Below, in pieces: positions 1 through 8,732 of a stretch of 52,695 nucleotides of DNA. Under the pieces are notes generated by a model. That model had not been told where the DNA came from. It searched no databases and saw nothing but the letters and a program-made list of their open reading frames with translations. The first letter of the stretch is position 1, and every line of letters starts with the position of its first letter. The stretch is taken from the IMG/VR virus record IMGVR_UViG_3300047994_000145; one strand, given 5' to 3'. The translations under genes and the position numbers were made by a program. This DNA is from a virus.

Positions 1-127
1 GACAGCATCAACTCCTTTGTTCTCTTCAGGAGGACTAAATCCTAACTTAACAATTCAAGTTGCTAACACTTCTCAGAGTGGGTATTTGTCTAGTACTGAC
101 TGGAACACTTTCAATAATAAACAAGCA
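1..127. repeat. Terminal overlap, identical to 52569-52695 and to the internal copy 51744-51870
   Basis: Base-by-base comparison: the 127 nt are identical. The copies diverge at base 128 (tcagg, versus agtgg after 51870). Confidence 0.95.
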
Positions 128-1606
128 TCAGGAAATTACATTACTGCTCTAACCGGTGATGCAACTGCTTCTGGACCAGGATCAGCAGCTTTAACACTAG
201 CGACAGTTAATTCTAACACCGGGTCATTTGGCTCTAGCACTTCAATACCAAGTTTCACAGTAAACGCTAAAGGTTTAATTACCGCTGCATCAGGAAATGC
301 CGTTGTTGCACCTGCAGGCACACTGTCAGGAACGACTTTAAACTCATCAGTGGTGTCATCTTCACTAACATCTGTCGGGACCATCACATCCGGTACCTGG
401 AATGGCACAACAATTGCTATAGCTAATGGTGGAACAGGTCAAACTTCTGCTAGCGCTGCTTTTAACGCTTTAAGCCCCATAACCTCCACTGGTGATCTAA
501 TCATAGGGACTGGCACAAACACTGCTTCCAGACTCGCTATAGGATCTAACGGAACAGTTTTAACCTCTAATGGCACAACAGTTAGTTGGCAAAGTGCTGG
601 AACTCCTTCTTTTTCAGGCCTTACAACCAATGGTGTTATGTATGCAACAAGTTCAAGCAACATAACTTCAGCATCAGCAGGTACTTCAGGACAAATACTG
701 ACTAGTAATGGCTCAGGATCAGCTCCTGCTATGACAACTCTACCCGGTAATACCTCAGTGTTAAAGGCTGTAACTACCCAAATTTTCTACCAAAATAACT
801 ATTACACTTTTACTATTACACAAGCCTCTCCTTCATGGGCCGCAGGAGATCAGTATACCAACAACAGCTCAACCTTCACAACGGTGTACGCTGAAACAAT
901 ATCTGGCGCCACTACTCTTGTTGCATACAGAAGCATTGGATCTAATGCTCCCAGCTCGTCAGGGACCCTCACGAGATCCTCTGGTTCAGGATCTGCTACC
1001 CTGACCTACAGCTCAGTTGCTGCCAACGGTACTTATTTCCTCCCTGTCAGCCCATCACCAATCTATCTTAAAGTTACAGCGGTTGGTGGCGGCGGTGGTG
1101 GTGGAAATAACGGAGGTGGTTCATCTTCAGGTGGAGCTGGTGGCGGAGGCGGTGGAGCTACAGCTATTAAGTTTTTATCATCTTTATCCTCCTCATATGT
1201 TTTCTCAGTCGCAGCAGGTGCAGCAGCAAACGGAACTGCTAGTGCTTCGAGCTTTGGCACAAATTTGTGTACAGCCGGCGGCGGAGGCGGTGGGGCTAAC
1301 GCAGGAACTAGCACTAACGGTGCTGCAGGTGGAGTGGGTGGAGTTGCTAACTATGGTGATCTACAGTTTGTAGGTGGAGCAGGTAGCCCTGGTGGGGTAA
1401 CCGTATCAGGTGTTGCATATGGCTGTGGTGGTAATGGAGGCTCAAGCACTTTAGGCGGTGGCAGTATGGGTTCTGCAGCAGCAGGCGGCGGTTCAGGAAC
1501 CGGTGGAGGTAACTACGGTGGTGGTGGCGGCGGCGCTAACGGCAACACAGGCAGTGGCGGTGTGGGTGCCAGCGGTATTGTCATAGTCGAAGAGCATTAT
1601 CAATAA
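2..1606 (+). CDS. Tail fibre protein, 3' part. It continues the ORF 51481..52695 across the circular junction and holds the rest of repeat module B plus a glycine-rich C-terminal domain.
   Basis: Frame 2 is open from the window start. 52695 ends a codon and corresponds to base 127, so the frames join. SGYLSSTDWNTFNNK fibre-type motif; G-rich tail ending GIVIVEE. Confidence 0.85.
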   Translation, partial: TASTPLFSSGGLNPNLTIQVANTSQSGYLSSTDWNTFNNKQASGNYITALTGDATASGPGSAALTLATVNSNTGSFGSSTSIPSFTVNAKGLITAASGNAVVAPAGTLSGTTLNSSVVSSSLTSVGTITSGTWNGTTIAIANGGTGQTSASAAFNALSPITSTGDLIIGTGTNTASRLAIGSNGTVLTSNGTTVSWQSAGTPSFSGLTTNGVMYATSSSNITSASAGTSGQILTSNGSGSAPAMTTLPGNTSVLKAVTTQIFYQNNYYTFTITQASPSWAAGDQYTNNSSTFTTVYAETISGATTLVAYRSIGSNAPSSSGTLTRSSGSGSATLTYSSVAANGTYFLPVSPSPIYLKVTAVGGGGGGGNNGGGSSSGGAGGGGGGATAIKFLSSLSSSYVFSVAAGAAANGTASASSFGTNLCTAGGGGGGANAGTSTNGAAGGVGGVANYGDLQFVGGAGSPGGVTVSGVAYGCGGNGGSSTLGGGSMGSAAAGGGSGTGGGNYGGGGGGANGNTGSGGVGASGIVIVEEHYQ

Positions 1607-1618
1607 GAAAGGTTTAAT

Positions 1619-1783
1619 ATGAACGCAGGAGTAAAAGTTAGCTGGTCAACAGGGATGGGAATACAGACAGGTGTTACTGTGTCTGCCCAGACAGCTGACG
1701 GGCATATTTTAGTTGCTTTAGATAACCCAAATAACATTTGCAGTGTATTTTACGTACTTGTTATTAATTTGACACAGCTTTAA
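1619..1783 (+). CDS. Hypothetical small protein (54 aa)
   Basis: ATG 9 nt after AAGAAAGG; fills the gap between the fibre gene and the next ORF. Below the ORF-track size cutoff. Confidence 0.4.
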   Translation: MNAGVKVSWSTGMGIQTGVTVSAQTADGHILVALDNPNNICSVFYVLVINLTQL

Positions 1784-1792
1784 GGATTTATT

Positions 1793-2158
1793 ATGAGACA
1801 AGTAAACGCACAAATTTTATCAGGAGCGGATACCGGGAATGTAAACGGATCACAGATAGATAGCAATCAGCTAATATCAGCAAGCTTTCAAGCTGTGTTT
1901 GGTGACACATCTGCAGTGGGAACTTTCAAGATTCAAGCATCTAACGACGTAGCAGCGTTACAGATTAGTTCATCATCAACTTATATTGTTACTGATTGGA
2001 GTGATATTCCGAGTGCATCCGTAAGCATAACAGCTGGTGGCTCTGCACTTATAACACTACCAAACCTAAATTACAGATGGATTAGAGCAGTATATGTGAG
2101 TTCAAGTGGCGGATCGTCAACCGTTGTAGTTAACATGTTTGGATTCTCGACTGTCTAA
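1793..2158 (+). CDS. Hypothetical virion or fibre-associated protein (121 aa)
   Basis: AAGGA RBS; Ser/Thr/Val-rich composition; sits in the fibre gene block. Confidence 0.6.
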   Translation: MRQVNAQILSGADTGNVNGSQIDSNQLISASFQAVFGDTSAVGTFKIQASNDVAALQISSSSTYIVTDWSDIPSASVSITAGGSALITLPNLNYRWIRAVYVSSSGGSSTVVVNMFGFSTV

Positions 2159-2166
2159 GGAAAACT

Positions 2167-2529
2167 ATGATAGCAGGATCGCTATTCCCTATCGGTTTTA
2201 TAGATCCCCCAGAGATCCTATATACCAACGTAACACCTATACCAGGCTCAGGTTCGCTTCCACTTCAAGTGGTCGCTAATTCAGGCCCTAAAGCGTCCTA
2301 TGGTGTATCCTGGCTTGACACTACAGGGGATTACATAGGGCTATACACCGGTCCTTCAGGACAAGAGGTGCTCAGATGCATAATTGGAGGCGGTGTCGTA
2401 TCCGCTGCTCCCGTAGTCATAAGTGCTAATAGTAGGGTTTCTTTGAGATCAATGACTGCAACGCCTATTACTAATGGTCAAATAGTAATAACCTTTTTAG
2501 GGCAAGGATGGGCTGGAGGGGCTACGTAA
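2167..2529 (+). CDS. Hypothetical virion or fibre-associated protein (120 aa)
   Basis: AAGGA RBS; tightly packed with its neighbours. Confidence 0.6.
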   Translation: MIAGSLFPIGFIDPPEILYTNVTPIPGSGSLPLQVVANSGPKASYGVSWLDTTGDYIGLYTGPSGQEVLRCIIGGGVVSAAPVVISANSRVSLRSMTATPITNGQIVITFLGQGWAGGAT

Positions 2530-3129
2530 ATGGCTACTACCCAGATCAAGGATGGCTATAACGGCGGTTCTGATAATCAGCTTAAGGTGAATCCAGATGG
2601 ATCAATTAACGTTGACGTCACGGGCTCTATCACAGCAACCAATCCATCAGTTGGAGCAGATGGCTCGGCCGCTCCAGACTATAGTACGCTCATAGGTGGG
2701 ATTAATCCTAGCGGTAAATTGCAAGGACTTTTAGTAGATAGCTCTGGTCTGCTTGAAGTGAATGCTGGACAGATTTTTGGTGTCCAGAATTTAAGAGTAC
2801 TATATAACGAAGTTACCTCAATAGCAGTTGGTGTGGAGACGACGATAAATACCTACACCGCGCCGGTTGGTAAAATAGCGTATTTGTTAACTATTAACTG
2901 TTCTGGAGGTAATAGAGCAGCGTATAGTATATACAACAATGGCACGTTATTTGATAAACAGTATACCCCCGTAACAAATTTAAGTGCTTTGTTTGATTAT
3001 AAAACAGGCTCGAGTAGTGTACCAGGTATGGTAATTGCAGTGGGTAACACGATAACAGTTACAGTGATAAATAATGGATCTGATTCAACAATGTTCAACT
3101 CAAGGCTTATGATTTTGGAGGTGGGGTAA
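2530..3129 (+). CDS. Hypothetical structural protein (199 aa)
   Basis: GGAGGGG RBS; start abuts the upstream stop. Confidence 0.6.
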   Translation: MATTQIKDGYNGGSDNQLKVNPDGSINVDVTGSITATNPSVGADGSAAPDYSTLIGGINPSGKLQGLLVDSSGLLEVNAGQIFGVQNLRVLYNEVTSIAVGVETTINTYTAPVGKIAYLLTINCSGGNRAAYSIYNNGTLFDKQYTPVTNLSALFDYKTGSSSVPGMVIAVGNTITVTVINNGSDSTMFNSRLMILEVG

Positions 3130-3306
3130 ATGCTAGATATTGATAAGAAAAAATTTAAAGCAGAATTGCTGAGAGTGCAAGCAGCTAAGGCGGAGATGGA
3201 ATATATAATTGCGCAAAGAATGGAAGAAGTCGAAAGACTTCAATTGAATATTCAAAAACAAGAAGAATCAGAAAAGAAACTTCTTGAAAAATTAATGGAG
3301 AATTAA
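3130..3306 (+). CDS. Small coiled-coil protein (58 aa)
   Basis: ATG directly follows the upstream TAA. Charged heptad-like sequence (KAEMEYIIAQRMEEVERLQ). Confidence 0.45.
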   Translation: MLDIDKKKFKAELLRVQAAKAEMEYIIAQRMEEVERLQLNIQKQEESEKKLLEKLMEN

Positions 3307-3309
3307 AAA

Positions 3310-4281
3310 ATGGCTGATTACAACAGTTCGTTACCCGTTAGAACACAAAACAACGGCGATGTAGTTATAGAGTTAGCAGACGGCACTACACCGTCTCAGA
3401 AAGCTGCAGTTAATGCCTCAGGCTCGGTACAGATAGCCGGTCAAGGCGTTGCAGGAACACCCGCAGGCGGTGTAGTGTCTGTTCAAGGTGTTAGCGGTGG
3501 GACCACGCTTCCTATTAGTGGTTCGGTTACAGCTAACCAAGGAACAGCAGCTGCTTTGTCAGGTGCATGGCCAGTAGAGATCACAGATGGAACTAACATC
3601 TTAGGCTCTGCTGCTCACCCTGTACGTATTGATCCCACAGGAACAACCACACAGCCAGTTAGCGGTACAGTAGCCGTTAGCTCGGTGTCTGGAACGGTTG
3701 CTGTGACTCAAAGCACATCACCCTGGGTTGACAATATCACACAGATTGGTGGATCTGCAATTGCATTAGGTCAGACTACAATGTCTGCTTCTTTGCCCGT
3801 TGCTATCGCTTCTAACCAATCTAACTTGCCAAACAACATCGTACAGATTAGTGGTGCATCACCAAGTGCATCTAACAGTTTGCCGATCCAGATTAGCACT
3901 GGAGCCGCATTCGTTAGTGCTTCAAACCCCCTTCCTGTCACTATTGACCCTGCTGCCGCTGGAACACCTAAGAACTATTATACAGACTCCGCAGCAGTAG
4001 CTGTAGGCTCTAGTGCTACCCAAAGTACGACTGCTGCCGGTGTTACTGGATTCTACTTGCAATCTGTTATTTTATCAGGTTCAGGTAAATTCAAAGCGGT
4101 TATTCAAATCGGCGGAACGTCATATGCAGCTGTTTTCAACAGCACTGCAACGCCAACTGTTCAGATTAACTTCCCAAACAACACCTTAGTTGCTACGGGA
4201 ACGACAGTTGCTGCAATTATGACCAACAACGATTTGGCTGCCCAGGATTTATACAGTACGTTCATTGGGTTCCAAGTATAA
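3310..4281 (+). CDS. Fibre-like structural protein (323 aa)
   Basis: GGAGA RBS; Gly/Ser/Thr/Ala/Val-rich with repeated SG(T/S)VAV segments. Confidence 0.65.
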   Translation: MADYNSSLPVRTQNNGDVVIELADGTTPSQKAAVNASGSVQIAGQGVAGTPAGGVVSVQGVSGGTTLPISGSVTANQGTAAALSGAWPVEITDGTNILGSAAHPVRIDPTGTTTQPVSGTVAVSSVSGTVAVTQSTSPWVDNITQIGGSAIALGQTTMSASLPVAIASNQSNLPNNIVQISGASPSASNSLPIQISTGAAFVSASNPLPVTIDPAAAGTPKNYYTDSAAVAVGSSATQSTTAAGVTGFYLQSVILSGSGKFKAVIQIGGTSYAAVFNSTATPTVQINFPNNTLVATGTTVAAIMTNNDLAAQDLYSTFIGFQV

Positions 4282-4298
4282 TAACATAAGAGGGTGTC

Positions 4299-5165
4299 AT
4301 GGGCGACATAGTATCACGTTTACCTACACAAGACCAATCAGACGGTGCTACCGGTGCAGCCATACCCTCGGAAGCCATACTAGTAGGTGGCACGGATGGA
4401 ACAAACCTCCGTGCCATTTCCACTAGTTCAACAGGGATTGTTAACGTAGAACAACCTATCCAAACGGTTACAGGCACTTTAACAAATGGATCGTCTGTGG
4501 TCACAATGACCATGCAGGGCGCAGGTGCTGTAAACATAGATGTATCTGGTTCTGGTTTTGTAGGAACCATAACGGTAACTGAAAATACCCCATCGTCTGC
4601 CAGAGTGTTAGGTGTATTTGCATTGAATGGTAGCGCTATTGCATCTAGTATCACTGCAAACGGCACTTATAGGGTAATAGGTGTGCCAGTGGCTCCTACT
4701 ATATCGGTTCAGTTCAGTTCGTATACTTCAGGCTCGGCTACCATTTACATCTATGCTTCAGCCGCAACCTACATTGTTCAGCCTTACAACTCAAATGCAG
4801 CAAATTTACAAACAACTACATACCTAAACGATGGATCAGGCAATTCAATCAGTTCAGTTAACAACGCACTAACCGTTAATACTAAATCACCTTTAACTTT
4901 TTCAGCTCCAACTACTGCCACGGTGAATACAACTTCCACTTTAATATTAGCAGCTAACACGGCTAGAAGAGGGTTGTGTTTAAGCAACACCAGTCCTCAG
5001 CAAATATCACTTGGATTTAATGGAAACGCTGCATCCTACCAAAACGGAATTACACTATTCCCCGGTGAGAAGTTTCTTATGGACGAGTACTCATTCAGCA
5101 CTGGAGCAATATATGCGGTGACTACAGGTGCTACTACCTATATTGGCGTACAGGAGATGACCTAA
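4299..5165 (+). CDS. Fibre-like structural protein (288 aa)
   Basis: AGAGGG RBS; beta-rich Ser/Thr/Asn composition. Confidence 0.65.
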   Translation: MGDIVSRLPTQDQSDGATGAAIPSEAILVGGTDGTNLRAISTSSTGIVNVEQPIQTVTGTLTNGSSVVTMTMQGAGAVNIDVSGSGFVGTITVTENTPSSARVLGVFALNGSAIASSITANGTYRVIGVPVAPTISVQFSSYTSGSATIYIYASAATYIVQPYNSNAANLQTTTYLNDGSGNSISSVNNALTVNTKSPLTFSAPTTATVNTTSTLILAANTARRGLCLSNTSPQQISLGFNGNAASYQNGITLFPGEKFLMDEYSFSTGAIYAVTTGATTYIGVQEMT

Positions 5166-5641
5166 TGGCTTTTAAAGGTTCTATCTTATTTTCAGGTCAG
5201 TACATAAATGCTCCCGGAGTCAATTCAGGTGCTCCTCTCGTGGACAACGGTAACACTTTAGGTTTTGGCTTATACAATAACGAGGTTAGTAGTAGTACTG
5301 CAACCACAGTCAACACTACCAACGGTGTTATAACAAGCTCTACGGTGACACCAGTTGCAGGAACCTACTTGGTCATTTTTAGCTGCAACATAACAGCTTC
5401 TAGCGCTGGAGGTAACATATTAACTGTGCAATTATACGTAGGAGGAACAGCACAAGCAGATACAAAAAGACAAGTAACTCCTTTTAGTTCTGCATTTGGA
5501 GCAACATTTCAATATATGAACGCTGCTTTAAATAAGATAGTCACTGTTAATGGCTCTCAGGCTATAGCAGTGCAGGCTGTGACTAGCGCAGGAACAGTGA
5601 CAATTACAGGGTTAAACTTTGACGTGGTGAGGCTGGCATGA
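5165..5641 (+). CDS. Hypothetical structural protein (158 aa)
   Basis: AGGAGA RBS; start overlaps the upstream stop. Confidence 0.6.
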   Translation: MAFKGSILFSGQYINAPGVNSGAPLVDNGNTLGFGLYNNEVSSSTATTVNTTNGVITSSTVTPVAGTYLVIFSCNITASSAGGNILTVQLYVGGTAQADTKRQVTPFSSAFGATFQYMNAALNKIVTVNGSQAIAVQAVTSAGTVTITGLNFDVVRLA

Positions 5642-5820
5642 CACAGGATCAAATGGTACAAGCTATAGTAACGGCTCTACAGACAGCAGATGCTAATGGT
5701 GAGTTCTCAAACGTGGTACTCCTCATGCAGGCGCAACTTATATCTTGGGTACCAAACGCATCTGTAGATCAGTTGCAATCTATGTGCCAGATATTAAATA
5801 TTAACACCTCAGTAGGTTAA
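5638..5820 (+). CDS. Hypothetical protein (60 aa)
   Basis: ATGA start/stop overlap with the upstream gene. Confidence 0.5.
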   Translation: MTQDQMVQAIVTALQTADANGEFSNVVLLMQAQLISWVPNASVDQLQSMCQILNINTSVG

Positions 5821-5822
5821 TT

Positions 5823-6002
5823 ATGAGATTTTTAAGGAAATTAGTAGCTTTTTTCAGAAGAACCTTCATAACAGACTGCCCCGTGTGTCACAAGCATTTC
5901 TACGGCTTCCACACATACGGTGTACATCATATGATAAATGGTATAAATTACAGAATCGTATGTCATCGTTGTATGGCATCAATAGGAGATAAAAACGTGT
6001 AA
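5823..6002 (+). CDS. Small Cys-rich (CxxC...CxxC) zinc-ribbon-like protein (59 aa)
   Basis: CPVCH and CHRC pairs seen in my translation. Below the ORF-track size cutoff. Confidence 0.45.
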   Translation: MRFLRKLVAFFRRTFITDCPVCHKHFYGFHTYGVHHMINGINYRIVCHRCMASIGDKNV

Positions 6003-6003
6003 A

Positions 6004-6240
6004 ATGAATAGATTTGAAGATAAGATAGATAGAATTACAGATCGGATAGCATCAATAGACAAGACTCTAGGAGAGCAAGCTGTCGAATTAAAAGAACATA
6101 TTCGTAGAACTGATTTATTAGAAAAAAAGGTAGAAAAATCAGAGGAGTTCATTAATCGTCAAATGGGTGCTGTTAAGCTCCTCATGATCATCATTTCAAT
6201 AGTTGCTGCTTGCGAGACTGTTGTTCATTATTTGAAATAA
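6004..6240 (+). CDS. Coiled-coil protein with a C-terminal transmembrane anchor (78 aa)
   Basis: Charged helical N-terminus, then LLMIIISIVAA. Last gene of the plus-strand late block. Confidence 0.55.
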   Translation: MNRFEDKIDRITDRIASIDKTLGEQAVELKEHIRRTDLLEKKVEKSEEFINRQMGAVKLLMIIISIVAACETVVHYLK

Positions 6241-6420
6241 TTACGAGTCTTTATTTTCATAATTTTTTATTATATCTTTAGGTACGATAGGCACAAAAGG
6301 TAGTGATTTCTTATTGTTATAGCAATCATCGCACCAATACTCTGAGTACACCGCTTTATTCTTTATCCCGTGAGCCGCTACAGTGCTTTCTTTTCCACAT
6401 TTACATTTATCATTATTCAT
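6241..6420 (-). CDS. Small Cys-rich protein (59 aa)
   Basis: Minus-strand ATG at 6420. CKC...CDDC motifs. Its stop abuts the stop of 6004..6240. Confidence 0.45.
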   Translation of the reverse strand: MNNDKCKCGKESTVAAHGIKNKAVYSEYWCDDCYNNKKSLPFVPIVPKDIIKNYENKDS

Positions 6421-6655
6421 GTTTTATCTCCGTGTAACCATAGAATTTTGTTATAATATCTATATTCTTTTTTAACCCTTCCGTCATTCCTTCAATCTCA
6501 GCGATCCAATAAGCCACCACAATGCAAGGGCATCCGCTTGCTATGGCCATAATCGCGATGGCTTCGTCTACGCCGGTGTGGTCTCTATTGGTCTCATACC
6601 ATTTCTGAACAAAGCTCTTTCTCTCAGCACTGTATCGACTTAAATCTTCAATCAC
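6413..6655 (-). CDS. Hypothetical protein with one hydrophobic segment (80 aa)
   Basis: ORF track; overlaps the lysozyme stop; AIAIMAIASGCPCIVVAYWI segment. Confidence 0.55.
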   Translation of the reverse strand: MIEDLSRYSAERKSFVQKWYETNRDHTGVDEAIAIMAIASGCPCIVVAYWIAEIEGMTEGLKKNIDIITKFYGYTEIKHE

Positions 6656-7104
6656 GTGATCTCCTCAGTTACAGGTTTTTCAAACAATTCCTTCTCAGCT
6701 TGCCTTCTGGCTACCAACCCCGGTACAATATGAGGTCCAACGTGTACCCACTTTAAAAACTCGCGGGATGCGCCTTCGTAGTCACCTTCTTTAACTTTCT
6801 TAAGCAGTGTTGAATTTTGCAACGTTCCTAACCCTAAGTTATATGCAAAGCATACCAAGGATGAAAATTGGTTGTCATTGCAGATTATGGCAGGACCTAG
6901 TAGCGTCTTAGTTCCATTAGAAAAACTCATCAAATCTGTCATCAGCAGGGTGTCTGCCATTTCTTGGGTTATGGTCTCACCTTCTAACATATCTGTTCGG
7001 TGACCGTATCCTACTGTAGGCAGCCCTCCCACATCTAGGTACACTTGCAGCCTGCACCCTTCAAATTTCTTAATAAGTTCAATACCTTCGTTACTCAATT
7101 CCAT
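6652..7104 (-). CDS. Endolysin, T4-lysozyme-like (glycoside hydrolase family 24)
   Basis: IELIKKFEGCRLQVYLDVGGLPTVGYGH gives the Glu...Asp...Thr catalytic pattern. Start set at the Met preceded by GGAGA (the ORF track extends to 7170). Confidence 0.85.
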   Translation of the reverse strand: MELSNEGIELIKKFEGCRLQVYLDVGGLPTVGYGHRTDMLEGETITQEMADTLLMTDLMSFSNGTKTLLGPAIICNDNQFSSLVCFAYNLGLGTLQNSTLLKKVKEGDYEGASREFLKWVHVGPHIVPGLVARRQAEKELFEKPVTEEIT

Positions 7105-7519
7105 AATTTCTCCATTCACTGTTAAACTTAATATATTCATAGTTTTTAATAAATTCAGGATAATCAGCAAACATAAGAATTTCCTTTGTGTATTGAGGCC
7201 AGTGTCTTAAAGCGATATGATAAGCCCTGCTGTATACGAAACGCCGCCATTTATGCATGATAAATCCTAATAAAAACGTGATTACAGGAGTGAACACTTT
7301 TATATCTAAATATATCAACCAGTTAGGAAAGGCATAGTAATGTAAGTTAGGGTAGATCAGCGAATGTAAACTCAGTTCTGTAAACACAGTGTCTACTATA
7401 ACGATGCCGTATTTTTCTTTGCATTGAGTGTTTATTCTGCCCCACTTGGAACAATAATTTCCTATAAAACTTGCTATCTTATCTAACTCGTAGTAATCAC
7501 AATTACTTAATGCTTTCAT
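7091..7519 (-). CDS. Hypothetical membrane protein (142 aa); possible holin-like partner of the lysozyme
   Basis: TM segment VFTPVITFLLGFIM; lies directly upstream of the endolysin. Start at the Met preceded by GGGAG. Confidence 0.5.
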   Translation of the reverse strand: MKALSNCDYYELDKIASFIGNYCSKWGRINTQCKEKYGIVIVDTVFTELSLHSLIYPNLHYYAFPNWLIYLDIKVFTPVITFLLGFIMHKWRRFVYSRAYHIALRHWPQYTKEILMFADYPEFIKNYEYIKFNSEWRNYGIE

Positions 7520-7542
7520 ATATACTCCCATAAAGCCAAAGG

Positions 7543-7563
7543 AGGGGCCATTCCCTGGCCCCT
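7543..7563 (-). terminator. GC-rich hairpin (8-bp stem AGGGGCCA/TGGCCCCT) between the protease and the downstream genes
   Basis: On the minus strand the hairpin is followed by CCTTTGGCTTT. The U-tract is interrupted, so at best this is a partial terminator. Confidence 0.35.
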
Positions 7564-7580
7564 GTTGCCTATCCCGTTGC

Positions 7581-8516
7581 CTATTTCGAGTAGATTAGGT
7601 CATCTGATTTAAGCAGTTCCAACACTTCTTTACATGCCTGTTTTTGTTTTTCATTTAAGTTAATCGTTTGACAACGTTTTTTAACTTCATCTTTATCGAC
7701 AGTACTTCCTGATGAAGTCTGGAATAAACTGTCAGTATTAGGTTTTTGTTCTTCAACTGTTTTAATTTCATTGTCTAAAAACATATGAATATACTCAAGA
7801 GGGACGATGTAACCAAAAGCCATTTCTCCACTACCAGCAAAAACTACTCCAGCTATGCTTTTATTAACATCAAACACAGGTGACCCTGATGATCCAGGTT
7901 GAATAAGAGCTGATATGGCTTGTGCTTCATAGGCTTGAATCACAGGTACACCTCCAAAAAAAGCACATATGCTCCCTAAAACAGGATCGGTTAATTCTTC
8001 AGGTGTACAAGCCCTTAACCCAGTACCTACATGGATGAGTCGTTTTTCTGAGAATTTACCAGAAGTCAAGATTATAGGCATCAGCATAGGATGACCTATA
8101 ACAGTAGCATCGTCTAAGACTTGTGGGTAGGTATTTGATATAGTCGCTGAAGTTCCTAAGTTGTTGGATACTTTTATCACACATAGATCGTGTAAACTTG
8201 ATTTTTTATAAGATAGTACATATCCGGTGTTGTGAATTGAGGACACGACACCGCCATGTTCTACTACTCTACAAACATGGGCATTAGTGAGTACCTTTGT
8301 AAAATCGTCGGCAGTCTCGATAATAGCCCCACTACCACCTGAATTTTTTGCCAGGTTAGTTACCATCACGGAAGAGTCCGGCGAGTACCCCTTTACAGGC
8401 AATAACAGCCTTACCACAAGCTCAAATACCACTACCACAGTCAATAGGCCTGCTGCCATCAAAAAGCCGTACAGTAGCCTTGTAATTGGTTTTAAAACTC
8501 TATTGTTTTTTTCCAT
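7581..8516 (-). CDS. Membrane-anchored trypsin-like (S1, chymotrypsin-fold) serine protease
   Basis: N-terminal TM segment (LLYGFLMAAGLLTVVVVFELVV). Catalytic-triad contexts TNAHV, HDLCVIKV and GSSGSPVF. Confidence 0.8.
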   Translation of the reverse strand: MEKNNRVLKPITRLLYGFLMAAGLLTVVVVFELVVRLLLPVKGYSPDSSVMVTNLAKNSGGSGAIIETADDFTKVLTNAHVCRVVEHGGVVSSIHNTGYVLSYKKSSLHDLCVIKVSNNLGTSATISNTYPQVLDDATVIGHPMLMPIILTSGKFSEKRLIHVGTGLRACTPEELTDPVLGSICAFFGGVPVIQAYEAQAISALIQPGSSGSPVFDVNKSIAGVVFAGSGEMAFGYIVPLEYIHMFLDNEIKTVEEQKPNTDSLFQTSSGSTVDKDEVKKRCQTINLNEKQKQACKEVLELLKSDDLIYSK

Positions 8517-8534
8517 TCTATACCTCTACTTTCA

Positions 8535-8562
8535 TAGTTACACACTTTTATCAAAAAGTCAA
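8535..8562 (-). promoter_or_regulatory. Possible sigma70-type promoter for the protease gene (TTGACT-16 nt-TAACTA)
   Basis: Read on the minus strand; resembles the plus-strand promoter family. The -10 box is weak. Confidence 0.35.
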
Positions 8563-8723
8563 GCTTTTTGATAAGGCCTTGTGTGTTCTTTACACCTGCT
8601 CGTACCCCCTACTGACTTTACGTTGCAAAGGTAAACATTGCAAAGATAAGTTGGCACTACCACAGGATCCGGTTTTTTCCCTTTCATTTTCATTACATAG
8701 AACTTAATATCTTCAATTTTCAT
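8559..8723 (-). CDS. Small Cys-rich protein (54 aa)
   Basis: GGAGGA RBS 4 nt upstream of the ATG. Translation MKIEDIKFYVMKMKGKKPDP...CKEHTRPYQKA. Confidence 0.5.
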   Translation of the reverse strand: MKIEDIKFYVMKMKGKKPDPVVVPTYLCNVYLCNVKSVGGTSRCKEHTRPYQKA

Positions 8724-8732
8724 ACATCCTCC

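Noticed and set aside
1-127. The 127-bp terminal repeat as a biological direct terminal repeat of the virion DNA
   Set aside because: 127 nt is a common maximum assembler k-mer. A single ORF reads seamlessly through the junction, and the repeat coincides with an internal fibre-module repeat. It is best explained as a circular-assembly overlap. The true genome ends cannot be inferred from this sequence.
136-408. Antisense and alternative-frame ORFs in the track that lie inside larger genes: 136..408, 439..663, 1017..1373, 1063..1314, 3800..4000, 4262..4666, 4784..4990, 8287..8571, 8486..8707, 10276..10503, 13448..13636, 13837..14052, 14145..14369, 14487..14777, 15802..16116, 18701..18943, 19800..20090, 21090..21284, 23517..23729, 24044..24271, 24664..25053, 26726..26959, 27662..27880, 29042..29491, 32180..32365, 32768..32974, 33024..33248, 33849..34067, 34565..34816, 36567..36827, 36971..37261, 38004..38273, 38641..38940, 39048..39320, 40125..40529, 41211..41393, 41828..42031, 42300..42500, 45835..46029, 46770..46997, 47050..47401, 48366..48771, 48864..49061, 51438..51623 and 51879..52151
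   Set aside because: Each is embedded in, or opposite to, a longer ORF that has an RBS, recognisable motifs or a synteny context. They lack RBSs and arise from low-complexity or repeat sequence.
8549-8573. The inverted repeat TATCAAAAAG-N5-CTTTTTGATA as a terminator between the 54-aa ORF and the protease gene
   Set aside because: No U-tract follows it on the transcribed (minus) strand. It overlaps the stop codon and a TTGACT hexamer, so it may be part of a promoter region instead. Unresolved.
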